From Mobula birostris (taxonomy: Eukaryota): a DNA stretch of 64,000 nucleotides. Below, piece by piece: positions 1 to 12,600 of this stretch. The notes below the pieces were generated by a model. The model worked only from the letters and a program-made list of their open reading frames with translations, did not search any database and was not told the DNA's origin. Position 1 is the first letter of the stretch, and the number at the start of each line of letters is the position of its first letter. The stretch lies in NCBI RefSeq assembly GCF_030028105.1, contig NC_092376.1:170157613-170221612 (forward strand), written 5' to 3'. Position numbers and translations under genes: made by a program.

Positions 1-3000
1 TTCTTTGGATTCTGTGGGTACTACAAGGGATCTGTGAAGGAGTACTCCAAAGTAAGCCACCCTTTGAATCAGCTTCTGTGTAGTTACCTCCCTTGGGAAA
101 GAAAGGAAGGAAAATGAAATGAGAAGAAGGCAAAGCTTATTTTAGCCCAACAGAGCCTTTTGGGGAAAGATGGGATACAAAGTGTGAAGAGGCCTTTCAG
201 CTGCTGAAAGAGTTGCTGACTAAAGCAGCTGTGTTGGTCTTTGCAAACTGCCAGTTGCCATATATACTGCATGCTGATGCCAACTGTGAGGGCTCAGGTG
301 GTACTCTATATCATGATCAGGACAAAGAATTAGGACTTCTTGCTATCATCAGCTGGAGTCTGTCACCCTTCGAACAAAACTACCCAGTGCACAAATTGAA
401 GTTTTCTGACATCAAAGTAGGCTGTGGTTGATAAGTTAAGCGACTACCAGTATGGTGCCAAATTTGAGTTGAAGTCTGACAACAATCCATTGACATATCC
501 TGACTTCAGCAAAGCTGGATGCCTCAGGGCATTGTTGGTTGGCAGTGTTGTCTGCTAATGAACATTGATATGGATGCATTGCCCCGATGTTCGCATGAAG
601 TGCTAAAAATGGATGGAGAAGAGTAGAGCGTTCCTGCCCCTGGTCAGAAAGCAATGTGCCAATTTTCCACAGTGCGAAAATCAGAGGCACAGCTATGGTA
701 TGAGAGAGCTGTGAATTATTTGGGAGTTTCATGTTGTGCCATTCCAAAAACTTAATGCAACTTGACCGGTTTAGATACTAAGCAGTTGCCTGCTTTGAAT
801 CCTGTGAAATGGCAGCAACTCAGCGAGATGACCCTTGTTTAGGTGCCATTTGGTCATAAATTGCAAAAGGAGATATAGCCCTAGATTAAAAGATGAAACA
901 CCCTATTATTTCCCTACTAACGAGAGAATTGGAGTTGAGGAACCAAGTTTTATACAGGGTGATGTCTCCTCTAGACATGCCTCGGTGTTCCCAGATGGTT
1001 TTGACTAAGAATTAATGGTGAATTGCGTTGGAGTCACTTCATGATGATGCAGGCTATTTGGAGTTTGACAAGACCTACTTATTGGTCCAAGATCAGTTCT
1101 ACTGGCTCTGAATGAAGGCTGATGTTGAAGAGTACTGTAAGTCATCCATCCCATATATTTGGAGGAAGACACTGGATATGAGAGTTGCTCCATTATCTGC
1201 TTAGATTGCAGATGCTCTTGATCTAGTGTGTATGGATTTTCCTTCCATAGAGCCTGAATCCATCAACACTGTGAATGTCTTTGTCATCACTGATCACTAC
1301 ACCAGATATGCTCAAGCCTTTCCCACTAAGGATCAGGGACCATCCACAGTTGACAACGTGTTATGGGAAAAGTATTTTGCTCAGCAAGGCCTCCCAAGAA
1401 GTATACACAGTTAACAGGGAAAAAGATTTTGATAATCAGCTCATACATGAGTTACTGAGCTTGCTTGGAGTTGAGAAGTCAAGGACCACACCCGATTACC
1501 TTCTGGGTGATCATCAGCCTGAAAGGTTCAACTGGACATTGTTAGAAGTGCTTGGAACCCTAGATATCAGCAAAAAGAACAAGTGAAGTCAGCATATTGT
1601 GCATGTGGTACACTGCTACAATTGTACACAGAATGAAGCTGCTAGACACTCACCATACTATTTGATGGTCAGGTGCAAAGCGAGATTGCCTGTAGATTTC
1701 TGTGATGGGGCCGGCAGTGAAGATTTACCTCAGAAGAGATATCTCTAGTATGTGTTTGACATGAAAAAGCTTATGAGCTAGCCACAGTTTCGGCTACCAA
1801 GTAAAATCAAGGAAACAAGAGAAGATATGATCAAAAGTTTAGCTTCTCTCAACTGATGCCTGGACACAGAGTTTTAATAAGAAATTTGGAACATAAGTTA
1901 CTTGATCGCTGTGAGTCTATGTCTTACATAGTGGAGAGCCAGATGCTAGATGTGCCCATTTTCCAGGTGAAGCCGGAAGATGAGAATGGCCCTGTCAAAA
2001 TTCTCTATTGAGTTCACTTTTTACCCCGAGGGGAGGAGGTATGTGTTGACCCAGAGCCTGACATGGAACCTACACCTAGCAGGAGAACTCTGCACAGAAG
2101 GAGGAAAACAAAAAGGCAATCAGCAAAAAGACCTGAAAAGGAACCAACCGCTGAATGCTGTACAGACTCAGAGGACAAGGAAATAGGGTTGTGGTACAAG
2201 TTACCTTACGCAAACTCCCCAAGAATTAATGAAGCGATTCTTGAATCTCCCAACCCTGACTGAGATGTAGTGGGAGGACTAGCAGTGGACAGGCAGACCT
2301 AATACTAGACAATGAAGGGAAGCTGGGCTCTGATGTAATTAGGAGTGGAGTGAGCTCAGTCACGTAACGGCAAGACCTGAGTTCCTGGAAGCCACAAATA
2401 AACGACAGGGTGTACATTCCCAAGTAGATAGGAAAGGTCACAAAGAGCGCCTGAGGCTTAAGAAGCTGAAGCTGAGATAAGAAGGTCTCAGAGTGTCGGG
2501 AAACCTTCAGATAGTCTGGCATATGATGCACCAGGGAAACAGAAGGTGATGGCTATCCCCATAGTGAGTTATGTAACTGCAAATAATAAATGGGTTGGGA
2601 ACCCTGAAACCAAAAAAATTATTTGAATAGAGTGTTCTTAATAATGGTTTGATCAGGTTCAAAGTCATGAGGACATGACTGCTTTTGGTTGGGGAGAACG
2701 TAACACTGTGTCGTATTTCATAAAGTAGCTTTCTGTAAAAGCAGTGAGCCCTGCTGGTAGAATGTTTGGGTTTCGGCTAAAGATAAGGGGCTATGAGGTT
2801 CAATTTTCAAATGTTGTGTCAGACAATTAGGATGATGGAATTGGGAGAAGGTTTCAGAGAGAGCTGGGCAGAGAAAGGTTTGTGATGGGCACTAGTGGGT
2901 TTTGTGGTCTTTTTGGTGGGAGATGCAGGGAAGAGAGATCAGGAGAGACTGCAGTAAGATTCAATCTGACAGGAAGACGTGATTGTAAGGAATGATTCAT

Positions 3001-3407
3001 GAAACAAAGGAGTCCAAGATGGGAAGCTTTACCAGTGATTGCTGATGAAAATTCAGTACCATAAGAATTGGTTATTCCCAGCTTTTGGATGATAGGAGCT
3101 CCAAGACCACGTGCAGAATTTAGCCTATTTTAACTGTGATGCGTTCTTTTTTCCGCTTTTCTTTTGTTAATAACTGTTTGATAAAGCTGAAATTAGTAAA
3201 TATGCTATCTTTATAATCTTATGTTGTGTGCAATCTGTTATTTCTTGCTGACTGATAATTCTTTATAGAATTCTTTATATAATTCTTTACACAGAGTTTG
3301 CTCAAATCGAGGTTTCTTTAGTTGGAACATCATGACATTCCTGTTAGGTTGATCCCCAAGTCATACCAGCCATAGACGTACATTGTTTATGAAATGTGGC
3401 CTTCTCA
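1..3407 (+). mobile_element. Degenerate Ty3/Gypsy LTR retrotransposon, 3' part: RT thumb/RNase H, integrase, PPT, 3' LTR (~2699-3407)
   Basis: LPYILHADA...YPVHKLKF (RNase H) and VFVITDHYTRYAQAFPTKDQ (integrase core), with many stops and frameshifts. Purine tract ggggagaa at 2691 precedes the LTR-like region. Confidence 0.85.
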
Positions 3408-3409
3408 CC

Positions 3410-4690
3410 ATTGAGTCATATGGCTGTTAGCAGAGCTGGCTAATGAGCAAAGTCTGCATACAAGCCCAGAGAGGGCCACATCTATAAGAACGGTTAGGCA
3501 TGACCTATCACGTACGAAGCCATGCTGACTATCCTCAATCAACCCATTTCTATCCAAATACTTATACTGGCATGCGGCCAAGTGGTTAAGGCGTTGGTCT
3601 AGTGATCTGAAGGTTGCTAGTTCGAGCCGCAGGTGAGGCAACCTGTTGTGTCCTTGAGCAAGGCACTCAACCACACATTGCTCTGCGACGACACCGGTGC
3701 CAAGCTGTATCGGCCCTTGCCCTTCCCTTGGACAACATCGGTGGCGAGGAGAGTGGAGACTTGCAACATGGGCAACTGCCAGTCTTCCATACAATCTTGC
3801 CCAGGCCTGCGACCTGGAAACCTTCCAAGGCGCAAATCCATGGTCTCGCGAGACTAACAGATGCCTATATATATATATTATATTTTATATAGATATATAC
3901 AGAAATAGTGACAGACTCCTAGTGGATAATTTCCTAGTTTCTGTTTGGAGCCCTTTTTCAATAGTGCAACAACACTGGTTATTCTCCAATCATCTGGTAA
4001 CTCTCCTGTCACTAAGAATGGTTTAAATATCTCAGCTGGAGCCCTAGCAATTTCTGCATTTGCCTCCTGTAGGATCTGAGTGAACACCTTGTCAGGTACT
4101 GGGGATTTATCCACCCTAATACGCCTCAGCACAGAAAAATTCTCCTCCTCCTTTGTAATCTTTACAGGGTCCATGAAGTTGATGCCACTTTGCCTCAATT
4201 CTATAGACTCTGTATCTATCTCCTGAGTAAATACAGATGCAAAGTATGCAATTAAGATCTCCTCCATCTGTTTTGACTCCACGCATGGATTAACATTCTG
4301 ATCTTCCAGAGGTAGAGTTTTGCCCTTGAAATCCATATGTTCTTAACATACTTGTGGAATCATTCAGGATTCTAATTCACCTTGTCTGCTGAAGAAAATT
4401 CATATTTTCTTTCAGCCTTTCTGATTTCTTTCTGAAGTGTTATTTTGCATTTTGTGTACTCCATAAGCACCTCCTTTGTTTCTATTTGCCTATATATGCT
4501 ATGTGCCTCTTTTTTCTCTCTTAACCAGTGCCTTGATAACTCTTGAAAACAGAGGTTCCCTACACTTGTTATCTTTACCTTTTATTCTGACAGGCACACA
4601 CAAGCTTCTTACTCTCAACATTTCATTTACACCTTTCCCAGAAAACAGCCTGTCCTAATCCACACTTGGCAGATCATTTCTGATTCCATT
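3410..4690 (-). mobile_element. CR1 LINE ORF2 fragment interrupted by a SINE
   Basis: DKSPVPD, PDDWRITSVVALLKKG, LIEDSQHGFVRDRSCLT. Confidence 0.85.
3569..3880 (+). mobile_element. tRNA-derived SINE
   Basis: Box A-like cggccaagtgg and box B-like agttcgagcc at the 5' end, body gtgtccttgagcaaggcactcaacc, (TA)n tail. It splits a CR1 reading frame. Confidence 0.8.
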
Positions 4691-4854
4691 AAAATTGGCC
4701 TTTCTACAAATTAGAATCTCAACCTGTGGGTCAGACCTTTCTCATTGCATATTTACTTTGAATCTAATGGCATTGTGGTCACTGGATGCAGTTGCCCCCT
4801 GCACAATCTCTGTCACCTGCTCTGTCTCATTCCCTAATAACAGATTCAGTGTCA

Positions 4855-5310
4855 TATTTAAAAACGCAAACACGAGGAATTCTGCAGATACTGGAAATTC
4901 AAGCAACACACATCAAAGTTGCTGGTGAACGCAGCAGGCCAGGCAGCATCTCTAGGAAGAGGTACAGTCGACGTTTCGGGCTGAGCCCTTTCATCAGGAC
5001 TGAAAGAAGAGCTAGTAAGAGATTTGAAAGTGGGAGGGGGAGGGGGAGATCCAAAATGATAGGAGAAGACAGGAGGGGGACAGATGGAGCCAAGAGCTGG
5101 ACAGTTGATTGACAAAAGGGATATGAGAGGATCATGGGAGAGGATGCCCAGGGAGAAAGAAAAGGGGGACGGGGGGAAGAACCCAGAGGATGGGCAAGGG
5201 GTATAGTGAGAGGGACAGAGGGAGAAAAAGGAGAGAGAGAGAAAGAATGTGTGTATATAGATAAATAACGGATGGGGTACGAGGGGGAGGTGGGGCATTA
5301 GCAGAACCGT
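4855..5310 (-). mobile_element. Penelope-like element terminal fragment
   Basis: Pyrimidine-rich stretch followed by CTGATGA...GAAACGTCGAC and gatgctgcctggcctgctgcgttcaccagc. Related pieces occur at ~32190-32340, ~36330-36470 and 37905-39700. Confidence 0.65.
4965..5002 (-). ncRNA. Minimal type I hammerhead ribozyme motif
   Basis: Minus strand reads CAGTC-CTGATGA-AA-GGG-CTCAG-CCC-GAAA-C-GTC-GACTG: stem I CAGTC/GACTG, stem II GGG/CCC, palindromic ACGT stem III, GUC cleavage triplet. Confidence 0.6.
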
Positions 5311-6240
5311 CACTCTTCTTACCCATGTTATTGGTACCTCCATGGACCACGATTTCTGTCTGTTCATCCTCCCACTTAAGAATTCTGAGGACTCAATCTG
5401 AGATGTCCTGGGCCCTGGCCCCAGAAGGGAACATATCATCAGGCAATCTCATTCTCACCCACAGAATCTCATCCTGTCTGTTCCCCTAAGTAATAACTCC
5501 CTTATCATCACAGTATGCCTCTTCTCTCCCCTTTCCTTCTGAGTCACCGAAGTAGACTCAGCACCAGATACCAGACCACTGTGACTTTCCCCTGATCGGT
5601 TAATTCCCCCAACAGTATCCAAGAAGATACAACTGTTGTTGAGGGGTATGGCCACAGGGGTACTCTGCACTGGCTCCTTAACCCCTTTCTCTTCTTGACT
5701 GCTACCCAGTTTCCTGTGTCCTGCACCTTGTGTGTAACTAACTTTCAATATTCCTATCTATCACCCCTTCAGCCTCCTGAATGATCTGGTGTTCATCCAG
5801 TTCCAGCTCCAACTCCACAATGTGGATTACTAGAACCTGCACCTGGATGCACTTCTTATAGTTGTAGTCATCAGGGACACTGGAATTCTCCCTATCTTCC
5901 CACATCCCACAAGAGGAGTACTCAACTATCTTGCCTGGCATCTCTACTGTCCTATCCAAGCAACTCCAAAAAAGGAAAGGAAAATAAAACTTAGCCGAGA
6001 GCTTTTCTTTTCTTTGCTTTGTTTGACTGAAGACTCTCCTCGTTGAAGCCTCCAAGATCAAAAGCCTCAAGATCACCACTCTGACTCTGTCCACTCAGAA
6101 AATGGCCACTGCACATCCCCTTGCCTTCCTTTAACTTGCTCTTCCTAATCAATCACAAACGACGATTGATCACTGGTTGGAGTTCAATTATGCTGCCGCA
6201 TTCTGCTGCTGCCATTTTTTACTCGGGCAGTGGATCTAAG
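5310..6240 (-). mobile_element. CR1 5' region / ORF1 fragment
   Basis: VEYSSCGMWE...PDDYNYKKCIQ (degenerate ORF1 zinc finger), IPLNN, and VMIRELLLRGTDR (start of the esterase domain). Confidence 0.75.
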
Positions 6241-6543
6241 TGAAATCCCCTCCTCTCAAACTACTGATGTCTGGATTGGTCGCTGGTCATAGTTCTATGC
6301 ATTCAGCAAAATGCACTTCAGCTGCCCATGAGCACAAATCTTTGCAAGTGTGAAAAAATGCAGAGATTTGTAGTCATCAGATGCAGGCTTGATGATACAT
6401 TAATATCTGACTTATTTCCTTATGTTTGAAGGTCATTCAGTTCAACCCAAACTCCAGTTTAATATTATTTCTCTGTGTAGAAAGGATAAAATTGCCATTC
6501 TTTGTTTTTGGAATCATGTTCCCCATTTCTTCAGGTACCTTAC

Positions 6544-6651
6544 CTGTAACCTTGCGCCTTCTTAGACACAGCACCATCACCAGGATAATGATGAGGAGAA
6601 GGGCCAGTCCAGCAGTAATTACAACAGTGGTGTGTCTAAAACTAGAAACCT
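6544..6651 (-). CDS. Transmembrane exon ([20 protein letters not shown] followed by LRRRK)
   Basis: ttttggcag|AG GTT to ACA G|gtaagg, 108 nt. Uncharged hydrophobic helix of about 21 aa, juxtamembrane Cys, basic stop-transfer cluster. Confidence 0.88.
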
Positions 6652-9600
6652 CTGCCAAAACAATAAGCACAAATTTCTAAGTTATTATGTTGGCATTATT
6701 CAAAAGCCATCTAAATGACTGAGAAATAACATTGACTAATTTAGATCACAGGTTCCAGGTTTAATTTCTATTCAAGGCTAACTGACCTGAATGTTGAAGA
6801 ACTACACCTGTCCTCAGTAACCACCAGTGAGAGGCAAGAAATGAATCACAGTGGGATTTAGGTCCCGATATCAATCCAGTTGTCGTGGTCCAGTCCGTGA
6901 ATTCTGCACTCCGGTTCACGGTCCGGTCCGTGGACTCAGGACTCCAGGTCTTCCAGCTGTCCCTTGTTTTGGTTGACTTAATCATAGGCACCTGATTCCC
7001 ATCTTGTGGCTTGGAATATAAGTAGACATGGGGTTGAGTGTGGGCTGCTTGTTTGTCTTGTCAAGATCCTCTGGGATCAACCTGCCGGTGGAAGTCTAGA
7101 GCAGCCACTTGCCATCTTTACGCCGCGTTGGAAAACCATCGCTTCATAGCCTTGCTGTCGGTAGTTGGAGCTGTCTTTGCGGTATGGATTCGGCTGTTTC
7201 CCGGGCCAGCTGAGTGGCCGTCAGCCACTCCGAGCTAGGTAGGGATCTGGCTGTTTCCGTAGCCAGCCGAGATTGCTGGCCGTAACTGCTACTTGGAGCC
7301 TCAAGACCCCAGCCTGTCTCCAAGCTCAAGCCTCAATACCCCAGCCACATCCTGTCCTTGCCTGGTTCTGGGGCCCGAGCCTGAGGCAAGACCCAGGTTC
7401 TGGGTTTGTGTCCAGTCTCTGGCTCGGAGCCCAAGCCCAGGCTCCTAGTACATAGTTCATTGTCCGGGTTCCCTGTCTTGTCCATGTCCTAGCCCAAGTC
7501 TGTATTCCTGTCCCTGCTCCTTGTCTGTATCCTGTCACGTCCCTACTCTAGTCAAGTCCTGTTCCTTGTACTTCAGTGTCTGTGTCTTGCATTTGGGTCC
7601 TTTTCCAACACCCCCAGTGTGACACAGGCATCTCTTTCTGGCAGGAGAACCTGTGGAAATGTGCCACTCATAAAGATTCAGTTCATGGGTGAGGCTTCCC
7701 AATGTTCAACAGAAGAATGCCCATCATAGTCTGGGTTTCTACTGGAATAGGAATTGCCACAGTGTAGTGGTTGTTGCCCCAGAACTTCTATCCCCTTAAA
7801 TGGGAGCTGTAAATGTGAGATACACTCAGCAGGTTAGGCAGCTTCTGTGGAAAGAGAACTGGGAAAATTAATGTTTCAGGTTGAAAATCCTCCATCAGAT
7901 TTCAAGGAATGGTCTTTGGAAAAACGCCTGTCAGATTCCAAGGAAGGGGCTGTGGGGGAAAAAAACCCTGTCAGGTTCCAAGGAAAGGTCTTTGAATAAA
8001 CCTCTATCTGATTCCAAGGAAGGGGCTTTGAATAAACCTCCATCACATTTGAAGGAGGGGTATTTCCACAGATACTCTCAGACCTGCTTAGTGGTTCCAA
8101 TATTTTGGTCTTTCCTTTAGACTTCCTGCATCTAGAAGTTCTGATTTTCAAATACTAAAACTCTGCTGTGCATTTAACTACCGTCTACTGATGTCCATGC
8201 AGCTGAAATTCACTAAACCATTGCAGTGCTGATGAAAATATATTTTTCTATTCTCTGCACACACCCATCACTGTGACTGACATCAAGTCTCCTGTCTTTA
8301 AAGAACATCTTAGCACATGTAGTTGAGTAATTAGCATGGGATTTTCAATGTCTATTATTGTAGTTGTTACTTTCGGGGGTTATTGCTTCATCTGGAAACC
8401 AGGACTGTCTGATCCTGAATTCCCACCTGCCCCAGTGTGTATTTTGTTGGGGCAGGTAGGAATTCAAGATGCCACTCCCTCTTTGCTATGTTGCTGAGGA
8501 TCATGGTCTGATGAAACTCTGACCAAGTTCCTTGTGTATTTTGAGATATTTCGGTTCTTCAAGATGCTGTATCGTTTGCTTGTTCTTGGTAGTTTTGCTG
8601 GTTAATAAATCTTCTGTAACAAAGCAATAACAATGTGGCCTACAGGGAAGAAGTAATCTCCCTGACACAGTGGTGTCAAGGAAACAACCTCTCCCTCAAT
8701 TTCGCAAAAACAAAGGAGCTGGTTGTGGATTACAGGAGGAATGGAGACAGCCTAACCCCTATTGACATCAGTGGATGTGGGGTTGAGAGTGTAAACAGCT
8801 TCAAGTTCCTCGGCGTCCACATCACCGTGGACCTCACGTGGTCTGTACATACCGGTGTGTGCTGAAAAAGGCACAACAGCACCTCTTTCACCTCAGACAG
8901 TTGAAGAAGTTTGGAATGGGCACCCATATCCTAAGAACTTTCTACAGGGGCACAACTGAGAGTATCCTGACTGGCTGCATCACTGTCTGGTATGAGAACT
9001 ATACCTCTCTTAATCGCAGGACTCTGCAGAGAGTGGAGTGGACAGCCTAGCGCATCTGTGGTTGTGAACTTGCCATGATTCAGAATATTTACAAGGATAG
9101 ACGTGTAAAAAGGTCCCGTAGGATTATTGGGGACCCAAGCCATCCCAACCACAATCCATTCCAACTGCTACCATCCGGGAAGCGGTACCGCAGCATAAAA
9201 GCCAGGACCAACAGGCTCCGGGACAGCTTCTTCCACCAGGCTATCAGACTGATAAACTCACGCTGGTTTGAGTGTACATTGACTCTTCTATTTATTATAA
9301 ATTATTATAAATTACTATCATTGCACATTTAGATGAAGATGTAACGTAAAGAATTTTATTCCTCATGTTTGTCAAGGATGTAAGAAATAGTCAATTCAAT
9401 TCAATTGTTTTGTTTGAATTACTGAAGTCTCTGGGATTCCTGCATTTGAGTTCACCAGTGACCCATATTTGGATGTATTTGTCACAAATAAAGCTAATCT
9501 TTGAGGAGGATTTTGCTGAGGTTGCCTTGGCGTTATCTTTTGAAAGGATGGTCCTCTCCAACAACAAAACAAAGATCCTCCATTACCTACTTCACTGTAT

Positions 9601-12600
9601 AAAACTGTCCACTAATGATAAAGGTTCACAGTGATACCCTAAGAAACACGGATCACTTGTCATATCTCAGAGGTCACCTCTCAGAAAGGACAGACATTGG
9701 TGACGAAATTCATGATTGCTTTCTCTGTACCAGGACAGCTTTGCTCAATAGTCAACCATCCAACAGTGATCCCATCTAGAACCTGGTCTACCTAACATGG
9801 GACTAACATTATAAGCATGTGATAGGCCCTGAGAAAAAACAGAAATATCTATAATTTGAAAGAAAGAGATCTCAGAGATTCAAAGCTAAGTCACTTACTG
9901 TTCACCTGAAGATAATATGGAATAAAAATCTTGGGTCTGTTTTGATGAAACACAGCACACATCCATTTTCCTTGGACTTTATCGTCTGTTGGAATAATCA
10001 GCTGCAAAGAGTCACCTTCATTCTTCCGTTCCATGAATATTTTCTCATCCACAATTTCACCATCGCTGTTGATCCAAACCAGTCTCATTGATTCACTGAC
10101 CTCAGACACAGAGCAGGTCAGGGTAACGGTGTCTCCCTCAGTCACTGCATCAGGTGGTTCAACTGTGACTGTGGAAACAACGAATCACTGAGATTTTAAA
10201 CAACGGCCAAAGTTTTGAATCAACTGTGTTGCTTTTCTCTGCTGACTGAAAAGCTAATCCAAGTGATCATTGGCACTATGTGTAAAATGCTACTGCATAA
10301 ATTGAGCTTCCGTAGTCTTTTACAACAGTTTTGAACACAATGTACAACCTCTGAACACAATGGCCCTGGCCATTGCATACCCCCTCTACTAAGATGAATG
10401 ATGTGGATAGTGTGGAGGGCTGTCAGCAGTTACAGAGGGACATTGATAGGATGCAAAACTGGGCTGAGAAGTGACAGATGGAGTTCAACCCAGATAAGTA
10501 TGAGGTGGTTCATTTTGGTAGGTTAAATATGATGGCAGATTATAGTATTAATAGCAAGACTCTTGGCAGTGTGGAGGATCAGAAGGATCTTGGGGTTCGG
10601 GTCCATAGGATACTCAAAGCTGCTACGCAGGTTGACTCTATGGTTAAGAAGGCATATGGTGCACTGGCCTTCATCGATCATGGGATTGAGTTTAAGAGCT
10701 GAGAGGTAATGTTACTGCTATATTGGACCCTGTCAGACCCCACTTGGAGTACTGTGCTCAATTCTGGTCGCCTCACTACAGGAAGGATGTGGAAACCATA
10801 GAAAGGGTGCAGAGGAGATTTACAAAGATGTTGCCTGGATTGGGGAGCGTTGCTTATGAGAATAGATTGAGTGAACTCGACCTTTTCTCTTTGGAGCAAC
10901 AGAGGATGAGAGATGACCTAATAGCGGTGTACAAGAGAATGAGAGACATTGATCATCTGGATAGTCAGAGGCTTTTTCCAGGGCTGAGATGGCTAACATG
11001 AGAGAGCATAGTTTTAAGGTGCTTGGAGGTAGGTACAGAGGAGATGTCAGGGGTAAGTTTTTTTTTATGCAGAGAGTGGTGAGTGCATGGAATGGGCTGC
11101 CAGCGGCAGTGGTGGAGGCGAAAATGATAGGGTCTTCTAAGAGACTCCTGGATGAATACATGGAGCTTAGAAAAATAGATGGCTATGGGTAAGCCTAGGT
11201 AGTTCTAAGGTAAGGACATGTTTGACACAACCTTGTGGGCCGAAGGGCCTGTATTGTGCTGTAGGTTTTCTATGTTTCTATGAATCTTCATTGTGAAAAT
11301 GCTAAGTCATATGGCTGCATCAGCATCTGGTATTGGGGTGGGAACATTGAAGCCTCGAACGCTACCTCTCTTTTTGCATTACTCATTTAAATTTTTTTGT
11401 ACTCTGGGCATGACCTTAGAGGATGTGAATGAATTTTTATAAAAGTAATGAAGAAATATTGATTTTTGCTGCTGTCTCATTTGTAGCGATGGGAAACAAC
11501 TTTAATCACACCGTCTCTCAAAAATAAAGAAAAAGATGTTTAACAGCAAAACAAGTGAACAGAATATTTCAAAGTCGTTGCCAATTATGCTAGTTTAAGG
11601 CAGTTTTAGTGTTCAACAAAATGCAAATAAGTTTTATCGGATGTTTTGAGTAAAAAGGAACATTTTAAACTCGGAAGTAAATGTGGAAACATGCTGAAGT
11701 TGCAGTATGTACACAAACGGCAAACTTCCTCCCAGTGACTTATCTTTGAAAGCATTCTGTCTCTTACCTCTAACTGTGATTAATTCAATGGTCACGTATT
11801 GATATGATCTCAGAGAACATGTGTAAACTCCGGCATCTTCAAACTGCACAGGAACAATCCTCAATCTGAAATTCGTGTCATTCAGACTTTCCCCTGTAGT
11901 TCTCAGTCGGTTCTCGAAGTAGCTCCTCCCACTGACATTGATAGGCTGAGACCTGTAGGCAGTAGCTATTTCCATCTCCCGGTTCTGGAAATGTGACTTC
12001 CAAGTCCATCTGGTTTCATAAAGCTCAGAACAAGTTTCACAAATCAGCTTGAGTTCACTGTGATCTATGTCTGACCGATAAACAGTGTACTTATTGTGTA
12101 AATCTGCAAGACAGGGACGGGTAACAAAGAACTAGGTTATCACAGATGCAGAGATATGGATGTTTCAGGTTTCTACTGGGATAAATACCCGCTCCTAGAA
12201 TGGCTGAGACAGGAAAGTGGATGTGGAGCTGGAATGCACCAGGTGCCAACTGAGATTCCGATCTTCCCCAAACACAGAGTCAGCAAAGAGACACTGTTGA
12301 ACTGGAGATAATAAATGAGCTGAGGGAGTCTCAACACAGCTAACAGCTGAACTGTGTTATACCTGTATCTATACTTTTAATTAGTTTGCAGTTCTTTGTT
12401 TCATTACAGACTAGAAGACTATTTGCTGACATCCATGGATGGGTTTTATTCACTTTGACTCCTACAGGGGAATTGAAATGATTGATGGGTGGCTCCATCA
12501 ATCACAGTGTCACCACTTTACACATAATGGCCACTTTATCCAGTAACTCCTGTAAATAATAAAGAGGCCACTGAGTGTATGTTCATGGTCTTCTGCTGCT

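Noticed and set aside
3569-3645. tRNA gene
   Set aside because: A and B boxes are present, but the sequence continues into a SINE body and tail and interrupts a CR1.
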